From Trichoplax sp. H2 (lineage: Eukaryota): DNA of 64,000 nt. Positions within the stretch are counted from its first letter, which is position 1. Each line of letters starts with the position of its first letter. Below, piece by piece: positions 48,841-62,766 of this stretch. The notes beneath the pieces are model-generated. The model did no database searches. It worked only from the letters and a program-made list of their open reading frames with translations, and was not told the DNA's origin. A program made the position numbers and the translations under genes. The stretch covers positions 620,001 through 684,000 of the forward strand of contig NOWV01000020.1 in NCBI GenBank assembly GCA_003344405.1, in the 5' to 3' direction.

Positions 48841-50017
48841 ATTGTTAGGTTCAAGAAATAGTAGAAATTGGACAATAAATGGAATGTAGGCCTGATCTAT
48901 CTCTATCTCAGATAATACTGTTAATTTCCGAGTAGTTATTGTTTACCGTTATATAGCAGTTCCGATGTTGCCACTACAATACAATTTATCATCTAGAGGA
49001 GTTCCCTCCTCGCTTGTCGCTAGGCAACTATTCTGCAAGGTTACTATAGTCTGTCACATTTTATATTAGTCATTATTATCAAAAACTAATCTAAACTACG
49101 ATAAACTTTCTTCGATAGTAATAGGGCGAGGTAAAGCCATCATGAATGAAGATCAGCTGTGCTATAGGCAAAAATAAAATCCAGTATAGTCCAGCGAACT
49201 ATTTAAAAGAAGTGCGACAATAATTGGTTACTCTTGCTAACAGGTTAGATAATCTTTCTAGAAAATTATCCAGTAGTAATGAAGCAAAATCAAAAAGTAA
49301 CTTTATTAGATTATAATTAATCGACGCCCAGATTGATGATCGTGAGAATATCTCATCTGATCCTATAGCGCAAACTATTAAACGACAAGGTTGCAGTTTT
49401 TCTTCATAGCCAAGAGGTACTACTCAACATAGAGTAGGCCTTAAATGAAGATTACATTTAAGATATGGGGATATCTAGATTAGTGTTAGCAGATTTATGG
49501 CTTATCGAGATTTACAAAAGTATTACTAGAATTTCATAACTGATGTATTAAGTCAGCATAATTTCAAATAACAAGATTTAATCTGACATTGTTCGTATCT
49601 TAACTACCGATGCTTGATTTGTGACATGTTAACATCTACGAAAGCGATGAAGAAAGCCTCAATCAAATAGAGTAATCTATTACATTGTATGACTTTAAAA
49701 TTTTCTGTCTTAAAATTCAATGTTTCTCGACGCCATTTATTTTGTAAATACATTATTAATAGGTCTAGAATAGAAGATACATTATACTGTAATTTACTCG
49801 GATAAAAAATATACTAGTGATCTTTTCAGCTTAATTTGTGATTAGCACATTGTTTTAAACAATAAACCGAGAAACCAGCAACAGAAATGTTAGTATATCC
49901 ATGTTATGTCAAATTTTTATTCTCCATAGGGTGGCATTAACTATATTTGAATTAATAAGGCTAATTTACAATTTTAAAATCGTATTATAAAGGAAAAAGG
50001 GATTAAAATCTTTCTAC

Positions 50018-53000
50018 ATGGGGACGATAGTTGGCAAAGATCGCCAACCACAACCACCGTCCAAGACACTTGCACGATCAATTACAGTTAAAAGTAATGC
50101 TAGCATACTATCTAGTGATTACTATGATCCAACGGAAGAATCCAATGTCTCTGTCAGCAATCTCATCGTTTCTTCCTTATCCTTTAACATCCATAATGCT
50201 GTAACTTATGAGCAAGCATTAACCAATATGTGGCAAAATATGCCTAATAAACCTAGATTATCATTTGAAGATGCTTTCAAGGCTGAACCAACTACAGTGG
50301 TTGAATTTTGGAAATTAATTCGAGATACAAGTTATAAAAGTGATGTAATTGGCGTATCTAAGATGTCTAGAGCAAGAAGATGGAAAACAATTCGATTGTT
50401 CGTTTCTTCAACATTCCGTGATTTCCATGCTGAACGAGAAGTACTAGTCAAAAAGGTTGGCCAACATAATGTATAATCTTTATTTGATTCGTTTTTTATG
50501 AAATAACTGCTTCTTACAAATATCTTGTATGGTGAGGTATAATATTCAATAATAGATAAGTTATCGTATATATCATAGTTAAATGATTGGATGAAATATC
50601 AAGCAGAATCTATGAAATATTTTAAAATATGAACAGACAATAGCTCCGGGAATTAAGTCAAAGCGCTATATCAATTTGATCATGTCTATCCCTATCCATC
50701 AATTTCTTTAATCACAATAAATCTATAATGAATTATAATTAATTTATTGAGAAAGTGAACAAAAGTTGAATTTTTAATAGCTATTGATCGTTAATTGATT
50801 ATTAATGCATTATTTACCGTACATAGTTATACAGTATTGCATCTACTTGGATGATAAATTTTAGTAATTTTATATGGCTGTATTTCTACGAGCAGAAATA
50901 GGCTCAGCTTATTCAGTTTTTACATCGACAATATTTGATTTGATTACAACGCTAGGTATTTCCTGAATTAAGAATATGGTGTGAAGCACGTCGATTTCAT
51001 TTAGTTGATTGCGATTTAAGATGGGTAAGACAAATCCGTAAAGAAAGTAACTTTTACAACATAATCAAAGTGTGATGTTCTGTCACTTTGACAGCAGATT
51101 TGTAGTAAATTTTTCTGTATAGCATTTGGCAATTTTGTATCCTGGTAAATTCCGCTTCAGCACTATAGGCAACCGAATGCTATATGTTATTTTCCTTCAA
51201 ATTTACTGTTATATCCATTTTGTGATATACCCGATAATTTCCTATACACAATGTTCTATGCAGTATAGTATTTGCTAATTTCTGTTGTTCTTCTATAATG
51301 CTTTAATATTTACTGAAGTATTATTTAGAGTAATCGCTAATTTTGATATTATGTTTCCGTTGCAGCAAACCGCATAATGACAGTTTTTTTATGCGTATTT
51401 TCAATTTCAGAGTTCTAGCCTCTCTAATAACAATATATACGTTTCATTAATATTCCTATACAGTATTTTCCAAGCTTAACTACAATATCTATCTGACTAT
51501 AGCTAATGTAGCGTGTTTCCTATGTTACTTGTCGATCTTTGATGAAATATCCTAATTGGAAAAAAAAGAATAATATATACGTCCAATATTTAACAAATTT
51601 TCTTCATATTTTACTTGGGCTGTAGTACTTATGAATGGGACTAGCTCTATATACATTAGTTCATTCATTCTAAGTTAGTTTCATCATCTTTTTTTATAGA
51701 TATCTCAAATTAGAATAAGCACTAATGGTGTTTTTACTCAATACTAGGGCGTTCCTAAAGATACTACATCGGAAAAAACAATACGTATATGTATGAGTGA
51801 GCTTGATCGATGTTATGAAGATAATATACGACCGTTCTTTCTCAATATGATTAGGTAGTTAAGAAATCGTAGATACTGTTCATGATCGAATTAAGTTATT
51901 GATAAGATTTCTTTTTTGTTGCATTTCACTTTTTGGTATATCTATTTGCGCTCAGTTTCTAATTATTGAATGTTGCCTAATTAAATGGAATATATGCATA
52001 CTGTTTATGAGCATTCTATGATTATAATAACTGATAGCTGGCTTTATGAATATGATTAGTGATAGAGTAGGATGGATACCACCAGTAGAAGAAATTTCTT
52101 CGTCACTAGCTCGTGAATATGGTTGGATTAAAAACGCCTCAGTAACAGAAATGGAAATTATTCATGGAGCAATTAGGAAATATAACCCAAATGGTGAGTG
52201 GAATCGCTTAACCATCTTACAAGTATAGTACAATTGCATCGCCTAGATACCAGTGACATGATACAAATTGCAACTATCTAATTATAACTATTATAATATC
52301 TAATGAATCGCATGTAGCATTATTTATGATGCGTGATCCAAGCTATCTGCACAATATGCCAGATAATGTAAAACAAGATTTTATTGAAGAAGATGATGAA
52401 GCGATAGAGAAAGTCAAAGCATTGAAGACTTGTTTGCGCGCTCGATTTAAGGTAACGTAATAGGGCTAAATTGATATAAGATCCTATATGTACTGGATGT
52501 TATTATGACTTTATATAATATTAGTTACTTAATAAGCATTTTAACTACAGCTTACTGTAAGCACCTGACGCCAAAATTTATTTCTTGATATCTTTATTAT
52601 CTTAATATAATTCTAATCATGCATCACATCAATTGGTATTGATTAGTGCGGTAGCAATCGAACCATTTGAAATAGATACATGTATGAACTAAGTGTAATT
52701 TTACTGAGTAGCCGTTTGACCATTAACACACTTGATAATTTAGTTACGGAGCTCACTATGATAGACAAGCAACATTATTTAATAGCGCTACATTGGATAT
52801 TTACTTTAATTATAGGAAATAATTAATTCTTAACGAGCATATACTCATTTATTACTAATTGTATTTCTTTCGCTTTTTTAAGTCTATGTTACCGTAGATG
52901 AATGAGATTCGTAAAAAGAATGTAATAGAGAATAATCATTTCCTGTAACAAATGAGCTTAACACATTGATCGTTCAATAATCTGATAATGACAAACAGCT

Positions 53001-56000
53001 TTTACTCATTAGAACGCTTACTGTAAGGAATTAAATATAATTTGATGTATTTTGCTATCATTTAGCCGGAAAATATTATCCGATACCAATGTGAATATAG
53101 TCATATTGACCCAGCCACAGGAAGATCTGTTATGACAGGGCTTTATGGAGATAATTCTGTTTTTGCTAAAAAGGTCGGCATTACTTATCGACTCAATATA
53201 CATTGATCTAATATCAGAAGGTTTACCTTAAGTAAATGCTAACTTTAAACATAACAGGTACTAGAACATTTTAAACATCGAATCTCCAAGCAGTATCCCA
53301 TGAATTGTAAATCAATGTCATTAGAAGAAGCATGTGATGAATCTCACGAGGTAGTATACCTAGTGTAATTATGAGAGCCTTTAGCTATGTTTAAACGATT
53401 AATTTTTAAGGCAAAATAATCATTCTAATTCAATATGATGATCATACTGATAAGACGTAGCGTTAAAATCGAGTGAAATATTGGATTTCAGACATTTTTA
53501 GTTAGCCGATCGTCAGCAGTTTTTGGTCGAGATGCTATTCTGCAATTGGTATGTTGATATAGCTATCGTCATAAATGAAGCAGTAGAGCAATAGCTGAAA
53601 GCCTGCTGCTACAATTTGTTTTTTATCCATAAGTAAATTAACTTAATTCACATTCTATTTCAGATTCAAGATTATATCTTCGAACAAAACGATCATACAA
53701 TGCTGACTGTATGTGGCGAAGCTGGTGCTGGTAAGAGTGCAGTAATTGCTAAAAGTGCTGAAATTACAATTGGAAAATTAAATCAAAGATATCATCTGAT
53801 AGGGTAAGACTATCCATGTTTAAAAAGCATGCATCTATTTTTAAGGATAGTACAGTAGCTATGTATATATATATATACATTAGCTACAGTTATTATAGGA
53901 TGACTCATATTTTGAAAGAAATTGACGTTTGTTTTTGACATTTTGGGATATCCAGAAAGAAAAAATGGACAACTTTTTATCATTTTATTGGTGCAGTGCC
54001 AGGTTCAACAGATATTGGAAATTTGATACAACGATTTCTGAAAAGGATGGAGTATAAGGTATTGCTCAATGAAATTCTTTACTTCTAGTACTAGAAACCT
54101 TATTTACTCAATTCTATTCTGTAAACTTTTCCTATAAAAATATTGACGATAATCTACCGTAGATTGGGCAGAAATGTATATAAACCTTCCTTAAGTTGTC
54201 TTCAGACTTAATAATTCTTGCTACTCACAGCTTAGCTAAAGTTGAATATAAGGAAGAGATTGGCGGAATAAATTATGCCACTTAACATTTTCTTTCTCTC
54301 CATTTAACTCATTTACTGGCTAATAGTTTTTTGAGATTGGCATTCTGAATGATTTTGCTAAGCTCAAAGTATAAAATGTCTTTGATCTAGTCAATTATTG
54401 ATGAATTCTATCCACTATGAAATTAATATAAGGCTTAGCGTATAACTTCAGATTCTAATATTAAACCCTTCCAACATGTTTCAGAATCGTCAAAACACAA
54501 AACTTCAATTCTCTGTAGAATAGCTACGACTAGATTCTGATTAGACAATTATTAACAATGACGATTACTGTAGTTTTTTAATGTCGCAAAATGAGCTATA
54601 AAGCCTCTGATAAATGAAATAATGGCAACATTCAAGAGAGCTTGGAATAATAAACATATAACTATAAAAAAGTAGCCACATTAATGAAGAGAATTTTTAA
54701 TCATTTTAGGGCGAAATTCCTACCGATATGGATGCTTTAATACGTTTAATGGCTAATGTTCTATCCAGTACTTCAACTAAACCTGTCATCATATTTATTG
54801 ATGCCATAAATCAAGTAAGTCACTTTACTAGTATGAGCAGTATGCGAATATCGAAGCTTTTAGGTTATAACTTTGCATCTCTTGTACAAATTAATGTGAT
54901 AAGTTGTCATTCCTATTGAAGCTTTTATGAGTTGCTATAAGTTAGTTAGAGACTATTTCTCACTGATTTTAATCACGACAGATATTATAATAATTATAAT
55001 TTCATGATACCTTAACTATTTAGCTTGAAACTTTTGAGAAAATAAAATTCTAGAAACTGACATCCTATAGCCATTCTCTGACCTAACTTTCCTGTTATAG
55101 AAAAAGTAGACTTATTTTATTAGCTAAATATGATGCAACATGCAAAACACAGTATAAGTTATTTGCTTACAATACTGCTAGATGTAATTACTTCTTCTTT
55201 CTTGCTAATCACATATGATTTAGCAAGCACTTTTTTTGTGCATAAAAAGACATCCAAGTTGAGAATATTCTTTTTTCTAATTTCAGTTGGACGATAATTT
55301 ACATGCCCAATTAATGACTTGGCTTCCTCAAGAGCCTTCACCTAATGTTAAAATTATCGTTTCTGTGATTACCGATACAATTTATCATAAAAATTTAATG
55401 CTAAGAGCTAAGAAACCCAAGGAATTGAATTGTGATTCGCTTGAGATGGAAGCAAGAGCAGTACGTTGATTTAATATTGAGCTTTACATGAATTTATCTT
55501 AAAATTAGTAGCAATTAAGATGAATTACCAGTGATATCCTAAGATTATATTACAACCATACGTTCTAGTGGATTTTTTAGTAAATTAATTAGATAGAATG
55601 TCTTACAAAGCTTCGATTAGATTGATTCTTTAAAAATAGCATAGCTCACTTACTTACTGTTCTGTGCTAGGAAATCGTCAAGCAGTCGCTAGCCAAGTTT
55701 AACAAACAACTCGATGAAGAACAAATGGCTAAATTACTGTCTAAGAAAGGATCGTCTAATCCTCTATGGCTGTCTATTGCATGTGAAGAACTTCGTATAT
55801 TCGGTATATTTGATAAAGTTACGGAAAAAATTGATGGCTTAGCGGATGATGTTGTCAGGTAACAGTTAGATCATCTTACTATCGTCATTGCTTGATAATG
55901 ATACAAATAAGAAGCGGGAGGGATTATAGAGAGGATCACTTATAGTATTTCATTCCTTAAATTGGTACACTTATAAGTAGATACGCAAGAAATAGGATAT

Positions 56001-59000
56001 ATTTTAAGATCAGTATTTTCACTACGCTGCAATAAATTAAGTTTATTGAGAAACAATGAACAGCTTTCTAGCCAGAGAAAGATATTCATGTCGGGTAGGA
56101 TACGTGTATGCCTTATTTGTGACGAAGTGGTAGAATTTATTTCAGTAATCCATATGTTACCATTTGTATTGGCAAATAGACGTAAAATAGATTAATTTTT
56201 AGGGGTGTCATGAACTCAGTGAAAAATTTACTTAGATTATAGTATAACAAAGCTGTGATGCGCTAAAACTCTTATGCTTTTAGTTTGCTAGAGCAAATCT
56301 TAATGTCATTTGAACAAGATATTGGAGGATCATTGCTTGTGGCTACTGTTTGTTTACTGGAATGCTCTCGATATGGTTTACTAGAAACGGAGTTGTTATC
56401 CATTTTAGGAGGAATTGGAGACGAATTAGATTCCGGCACATTTGAAACCATAGGTAACGAAATTCGTTGCATTCAATATCTCTATTAAGTGCAAAACAAG
56501 CAAGAATAATTTTAAAATTTTAAAATATTACTTTGGCTCCATTACTCCTATTATAACACCCTTGCAGCAATTGGAATAATTTCATGGGTCTTAAAATTTA
56601 TTATTAGTTCTGCCGGTAGCATTGCTTCGTAAATTTTAGGGCAATAAAGCTAGATTACTAAAAGTTAAGAATATTTTTTATGGTTAATTTTAAAGTAGTT
56701 CAACTTATAAATAGACCTATAGCATTAATCAATGAATAGATTCAATCTCTTTAGATATGACGTAAATTTTTATTTTCATTTTTAGGAACGATAAACGGAA
56801 ATCTAACATTTGATGAGAGTCGTCCATTACCAGCAGCAATGTGGGCCATCATCTATCGATCATTGCGACCATATTTAAGACCTTGTGGAGATAGTGGAGA
56901 AGGTCGTCTGGACTTTTATCATCGCTCTGTCAGTAAAGCTGTAAGAAAAAGGTATATTGTTCAATGTCGTTATCATACATGATGCTAGAGCTGGAAGGAT
57001 GTAGAGAGTAAATGCTTTAAATATTTACATGGCATACTTTTTGGTTTTGCTGCAAACCATAACAGTTCTTTTTGAAATTTAACTTTAGATACTTTAGTGG
57101 AGAGGAAAGTCACAGAAAACAACAGTACATTAAATGGCATAAAATTTTAGCTGGTTATTTTGAAACTGCCGACAATATTGATCGAAAAGCGGAGGTAGTC
57201 TTGAGCTATTTTGCAATACAATATTTACTATATCCTAGCTTATAAATCATTGCAACTTCATATGTACAGGAACTGCCTTACCATTTAGAGAAGTTAGACG
57301 ATCCTAATCGTTTAGCTCGATGCTTGCTAGATTGGCCGGTCTTCATGAAATTGAGCAAGGAAGAAAATAATTCGAATTTACTAAAATTTTGGAGCATGGT
57401 AAGTGTAGTAATACTTTCGCCGAATGATTTATACAAAATCACTAGAAGGTCTTCTACCATAAGCAAAAGTCTATTTTTCTACTTTTTATAATTTCGTCAA
57501 ATCTTTTTTAAACTAAAATCAAGAATCATGGCTAAGAGCTGCTTTTTTACTGTACAGTATACAACAAAATTGAGCTTAAGGTCGAGCAAATTAATAAGGA
57601 TCAATAAAAATTTCAGCTTTGCATTAAAATCCATCATTAGTCAGCTCTCATTGAGCTGTGTAGTTTATCAAAAAGATTGAGATTATATCGCATTACATCG
57701 AAGCTAACGGTAAATTTAGGATAATTACCTTACTAATTATTAATTATTATAATATTAGATTGGAGGATATGATGTAGCCGCTCATTGGTATGAAAAAGCG
57801 CTTGCTAAACTAGAACAGGAAGATGGTATTAATGGTGCTTTAGCTGAAAAGAAGGAATCAGTTACTCGTTTTCTGTTAGTTTTCAACTAATACAGTGATT
57901 GATAGCGAGAGAATACTACTAATATATATTTTTGTGATAGTAGCAAAGAAATTATCGGCTTCAATTGCATTATTTTTACTATAAGTTTGTAAGAAATAGA
58001 TTATAATTTCATTCTTGCAGATGTCGTGCAGGCCAGCTATCTGCAGCAAAAGGAATGATCGAAGAAGTGATTGATATTGAAACGTCATTATTAGGTAAAA
58101 GAAACGAAGAGCTGGCTGACTTATTGCAATTATCAGCAGAAATTCATAGCGAGGTAAGGAATGAAGAAAATTTAATCGGATAAGAATGCATAATTAGCTG
58201 CAGGATATTTGGAAATTGCAAATAAGCTGAGCGAGATATTATCCTATTCCAACCCAATCAATACTAGATGATTCGTCTTGAGGGATTTATTGGTAATCGC
58301 TTACATAAAAATCATCTAACAGTTATCGAGTTGGCACGTAACTCTATTAAACATAGGAAATCGCTAACGAGTAGAGAACATTTGGTAAGTTGTTTCTTTT
58401 TTCGTCAGAATAGAATTTCACTTTGATGTATTCGATTTGAACCTAGATTCTAGGGTTGGAATATGCTAGAAACATATATAAAATCTTATAATATCGTATC
58501 TGTTCTTATGATTTGCTTAAATATAATGATATTTACTAGTATAAGGACATATCTATTTTATAATGTGCGATCGGATTTTATTAGTTTCAACTAGGAAAAA
58601 CTGAGTTACTGCTTGCACTCCACTGTGGAGGTTTAGCAAGAACGGAGTTGACAGAAACTAATGATAGCAGGCCTAAATATAAAAATGAAGCTGATATTCA
58701 CTGCCAAAATGCTCTTAGAACATTTGAAAAGGTATAATTATAGTATAAATAGTCTTAACTTTTAGATCTAATAACTATTAAGGAATCAGTTTAAATTAAA
58801 ATACCAAATTGCTTTGACAATTTTGTTAACTTACTGGATTTCGGCAAAGAAATATATTGTATACCGTAGTGATTTCAGCTAATTAAAACATCAAATTTAA
58901 AGTATCATCAATCATGATACAGCATTGCCTAATGTCTACGCTACTATTAAGTACATTTAAATTTTTTGGTTACAAGAATGTATATCAGTAATTTTGAAGC

Positions 59001-60135
59001 TTAGAAATTTTAGAATATAACTTATTCATCTATTCAGTAGTGGGTCGTTGAAAGGTATGCTTTAAGAATCTCTATACAGTAAATGTACTTCTTAAGTATA
59101 CCTGAAATCTTGTTAAAAATTCATTCTGATAGTGGATAGAGTTCAATTAGAATAGAAGACCTTCTGTTAAGTGGGTAAAACTAAATTCAATCTATTTCTA
59201 GTTGATTTTAGATATTACATCATTATTTATAGTTTTGTATCCGCCACAGATAGTATTGGTCATCAGTGTTCATTTCGCTAAAATACTCAATATACTTACG
59301 AGTCAGTGCTTAGGAATATTAACGTATTTATATTTATAGCAAATACTAAATAACGAAGATTAAGCAATGTATATCATATCTTTATCAGCTGGCCGATATT
59401 GGGCATGTTGCCGAATGCTACATGACTTCAGCGGTATTTATTTGCGAGCTAGGTTCTGATATCCAGCTAGAGGTAAAAGATTACATATCAGTATCTTCGT
59501 TGAATGTTTCAATTTCCTTAAAATCATAACTTTTGCTGATCTAAGCGATAAATTCTTGTTGATTGTTCTAATTTAGTAATATGTAATATAAAATTTGATT
59601 ACGCAGTAGATCAACTAGATTGTTTTGATACTACTTTACTAGACTTATAAAAAAGCTTACAACTTATGCAAGCAAGCATATGGGGATGATCATATCCTGA
59701 TGTTACGCATTCAAAATAATATGGGAATAATGTATGAACATAAAAAAGAATATCAGTTGGCTTATCAGCATTATAAGCGGTGGTATGAAATTTGTATCAA
59801 TGTAAGCCCAAAGATATTATTGTCTACGCGTAGATTCTAATGATATGTGATATGATATCATTTTGATTTTGTATTTAAATCATTTTAAACTATATAAATA
59901 TTAAGAAAATAGGAAATTTATTTTGATTTAGTAATTATCCACAATGATACAATACTATAATCTTAACATCTGTAAATTCATATTCATATAGGTGCTTGGA
60001 CCTAAGCATCCGAAAACAACAATGGCCTATAAAGTTCTATTGCAACCTAAGTTTAAGAATATGACAAATGAGCAAAATAGTCAGCAACAAGATCAATCAC
60101 AATCAACATTAATACTAGAAAATTTAGATGACTAA
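50018..60135 (+). CDS. DUF4062 - STAND/NACHT-like P-loop NTPase - TPR protein (TEP1/NPHP3/TTC41-related), ~24 exons (first 50018-50455, last 59992-60135)
   Basis: WKTIRLFVSSTFRDFHAEREVLVKKVFPELR...DCDLRWGV (DUF4062); SVTEMEI; Walker A CGEAGAGKS (~53712); HFIGA; Walker B VIIFIDAINQL (~54790); NPLWL; LDFYHRS; ELPYHL; C-terminal TPRs (AYGDDH...NNMGIMY...VLGPKHPKT). Upstream acceptor at 49929 implies a 5'-UTR intron. Confidence 0.9.
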
Positions 60136-62766
60136 TGAAATAGAATTGGACATTGGTTAATGACAGTATCTTTTACGAAATCTTCTTACTATGCAAACCT
60201 TCAAATCGATCTAGAATGACTTTATCGCGCATAAAATGGAAAGAAGCATCATTATGAAGAATTTAAAATAACGCGAATGTTACAATGATAAGATACAAAC
60301 TAATATTTAGGTATCAGTAATGGAACGAATAAGTTTCTATGATATCCAAGGCGATGGATTACACCCAAGTTTTTTTACAAAGATGAAGTAATTAAAAATT
60401 ACTTTACTCCTGCTACATATTAATAGATTGATTTTGGATCATAACATTGACTATTTTCATCTTGGCTTTTCAACCGATACCATGAAAAAGTGGGAGTCTT
60501 CCTTAGAAACTGTTATCATAATGAAAAGCTTTATATATTATAAATACCTTAATTAATGACAGAAAATTTGACTATATCGGATACTTTAAAGGCAGTCTTA
60601 CAAATTGCCTTTCACCGAATTTTTGCAATAGAACGACTTTATCTTTATTTTTTAAAATAATTTTAATTTCTACTTAGAAACGATGAGAGGAGGTCAAAAT
60701 GTTGGCAGTTTTTGCAAGATGCTTTCTATCTTATTAGAGATATGGTTGCATCTCATTTCTTTTGCAAACATTTATTGGAAACCCTAAATCCTAAGTAGAA
60801 ATCATAAATAGAATGTATCGACAAGGCTGCAATCTAGTACTCACTCTATATAATACAGAAATAACTTACAAGTTTTGTTCTACAAAGGATTTGCTAGCAG
60901 CAGTATTGCCATGTAGTCGTATTTGCGAACTTAAATTCTTTATAGTTATCTTTCATTAGGATAGAGACCAAATGTTTCACTGACTATGGCAATTCTCATT
61001 AGATAGCCATTTATGACATTCTCATTTTAGGTTTCAGTAGATCGTTAATAGTATTCTATAAAGGAAAAGATTGATTTTATAATAACAAATTTTAATATTT
61101 CATATTGATGATCAACAGTAAACATTAATTACACTGTTGAGTCTCGATGTTAAAGAAGGCCTTTCTTGATATGGCACATACAATATGCAAGAATGAAAAT
61201 TTAGTAATTTATTTTAAAAGTTATTTTTGTGATAAATTCTATTCTATTTTATATTGATCTATGAGCTATCGATTCGGGCATTAAAGAAATAAAATTAGTT
61301 TCTTACGCATACTAACAAGTTTTAACACTTTCGAATAGTTTTAGGGAAATTTATAAGGAAATAAAGAAATAGTGACGATAGTGAATAGCGACATCATATA
61401 AAATTGTTAATAATCATGTTATGAAGAAGCATTAGAGAATTTAGATCGGATGAATTTTGTAAATTAAAATCCTAATTTTACTCTATTCAGTTTAATGTTG
61501 TAAATTATTTTAACATCTGATCTAAGGTTATACGTAGCTTTCATTTTTATATACCTATTTAATTTATCATACGTGACTCTTACAGAAATCAGTAAAATGG
61601 TTGAGTTCTTAACCATCTTAAAACTAGAACATTAATATTGCCGAATTAAAAATTAAACGAACTCGATTACTATAGTAATTAAAAATTTGTTACTTATTGT
61701 AATTAACTGTAAACTTCCTGCATGTTCTACTTATAGACTTACAGACCTTAGTAGCATGGTTGAGTTCTTATACAACTTAAACTGAAACATTCATATCACT
61801 TAAATAGAAAGAAACTCGAAGAGTTTGTTTCAATTTAGTAGACCCGAAATAGGAAATAGATAGCAAATTAAAAAACAAGTAGTACTACTGGAGAATCGAT
61901 CTATTAGAAATCTGTTCCTAGTCGACTACATGGCTTAGTGCTAAACACAGCTTTGCACTTTATTTCGATTAAATATGATCGGATTTCACCAAGGGCGGGG
62001 TAGCGAATAGATTATAAACATTGTTGCATCGATATGACGACAACTATGCAGGAAATAGCCGAGAGGTCAGGATTATGACGCTAATCTTTTAAAGATATCG
62101 TGTTGCTACAAATATTATTAATTAATATAATATTGAACAATTGTTAAGTGCAGTCTGAAGATAGATTCATTAATTTACACTTTAAAGTCAGTTAAAAACT
62201 CATTGGTGGATAGAATTGAAAATTAAGGTATTTTCTTAAGAGTTAAGAGCCAACGATACGGGTCAGGAATATATATTTATTAGCATGAATAATGCCGATA
62301 GCTACCACTAATAGTATACATCTAATTGGTTTTCTAAGTCAAATCATTCGTACAGAGCATTCAAAGCTAAAAGATCTTCACGCCTCGATACACGAATTTA
62401 AGTTATAACTACGCGCTAAAAATTGACAAAAAAACTAAAATGGAACTTTTAAGTAAAATTAGTAACAAGACTTTATTTCAATTTATATTTAAAATTAGAA
62501 TCCAGAATTTGATTAACACTATCTTTACATATTTGAACATTATAAGGACTGATGCTATTTCGCAATGATAGAAACCTATGTAATAAAGAAGAGCTTTTTC
62601 TTGTTATAAGGCCCATGTACTACCTATATTTACAGTGTAAATAAATACTATATACATACAATGCCAGTCCTATCTTATTATAATATAATATTCCCATAAC
62701 TAGTAATCTTCATTTTTAATTTTCATATTTAGAATAAAATTAATGCGGTCAATATAATCTTTAATA

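Noticed and set aside
37826..60135. A defence-island-like cluster of GHKL-DUF3883, ZCCHC7 and STAND-TPR
   Set aside because: Adjacency of three genes in a compact eukaryotic genome is weak evidence; two are intron-rich and likely vertically inherited, and there is no operon structure.
61597..61800. Short repeat atggttgagttctta...ttaaa at 61597 and 61757
   Set aside because: Only two degenerate ~40-bp copies with no further structure to interpret.
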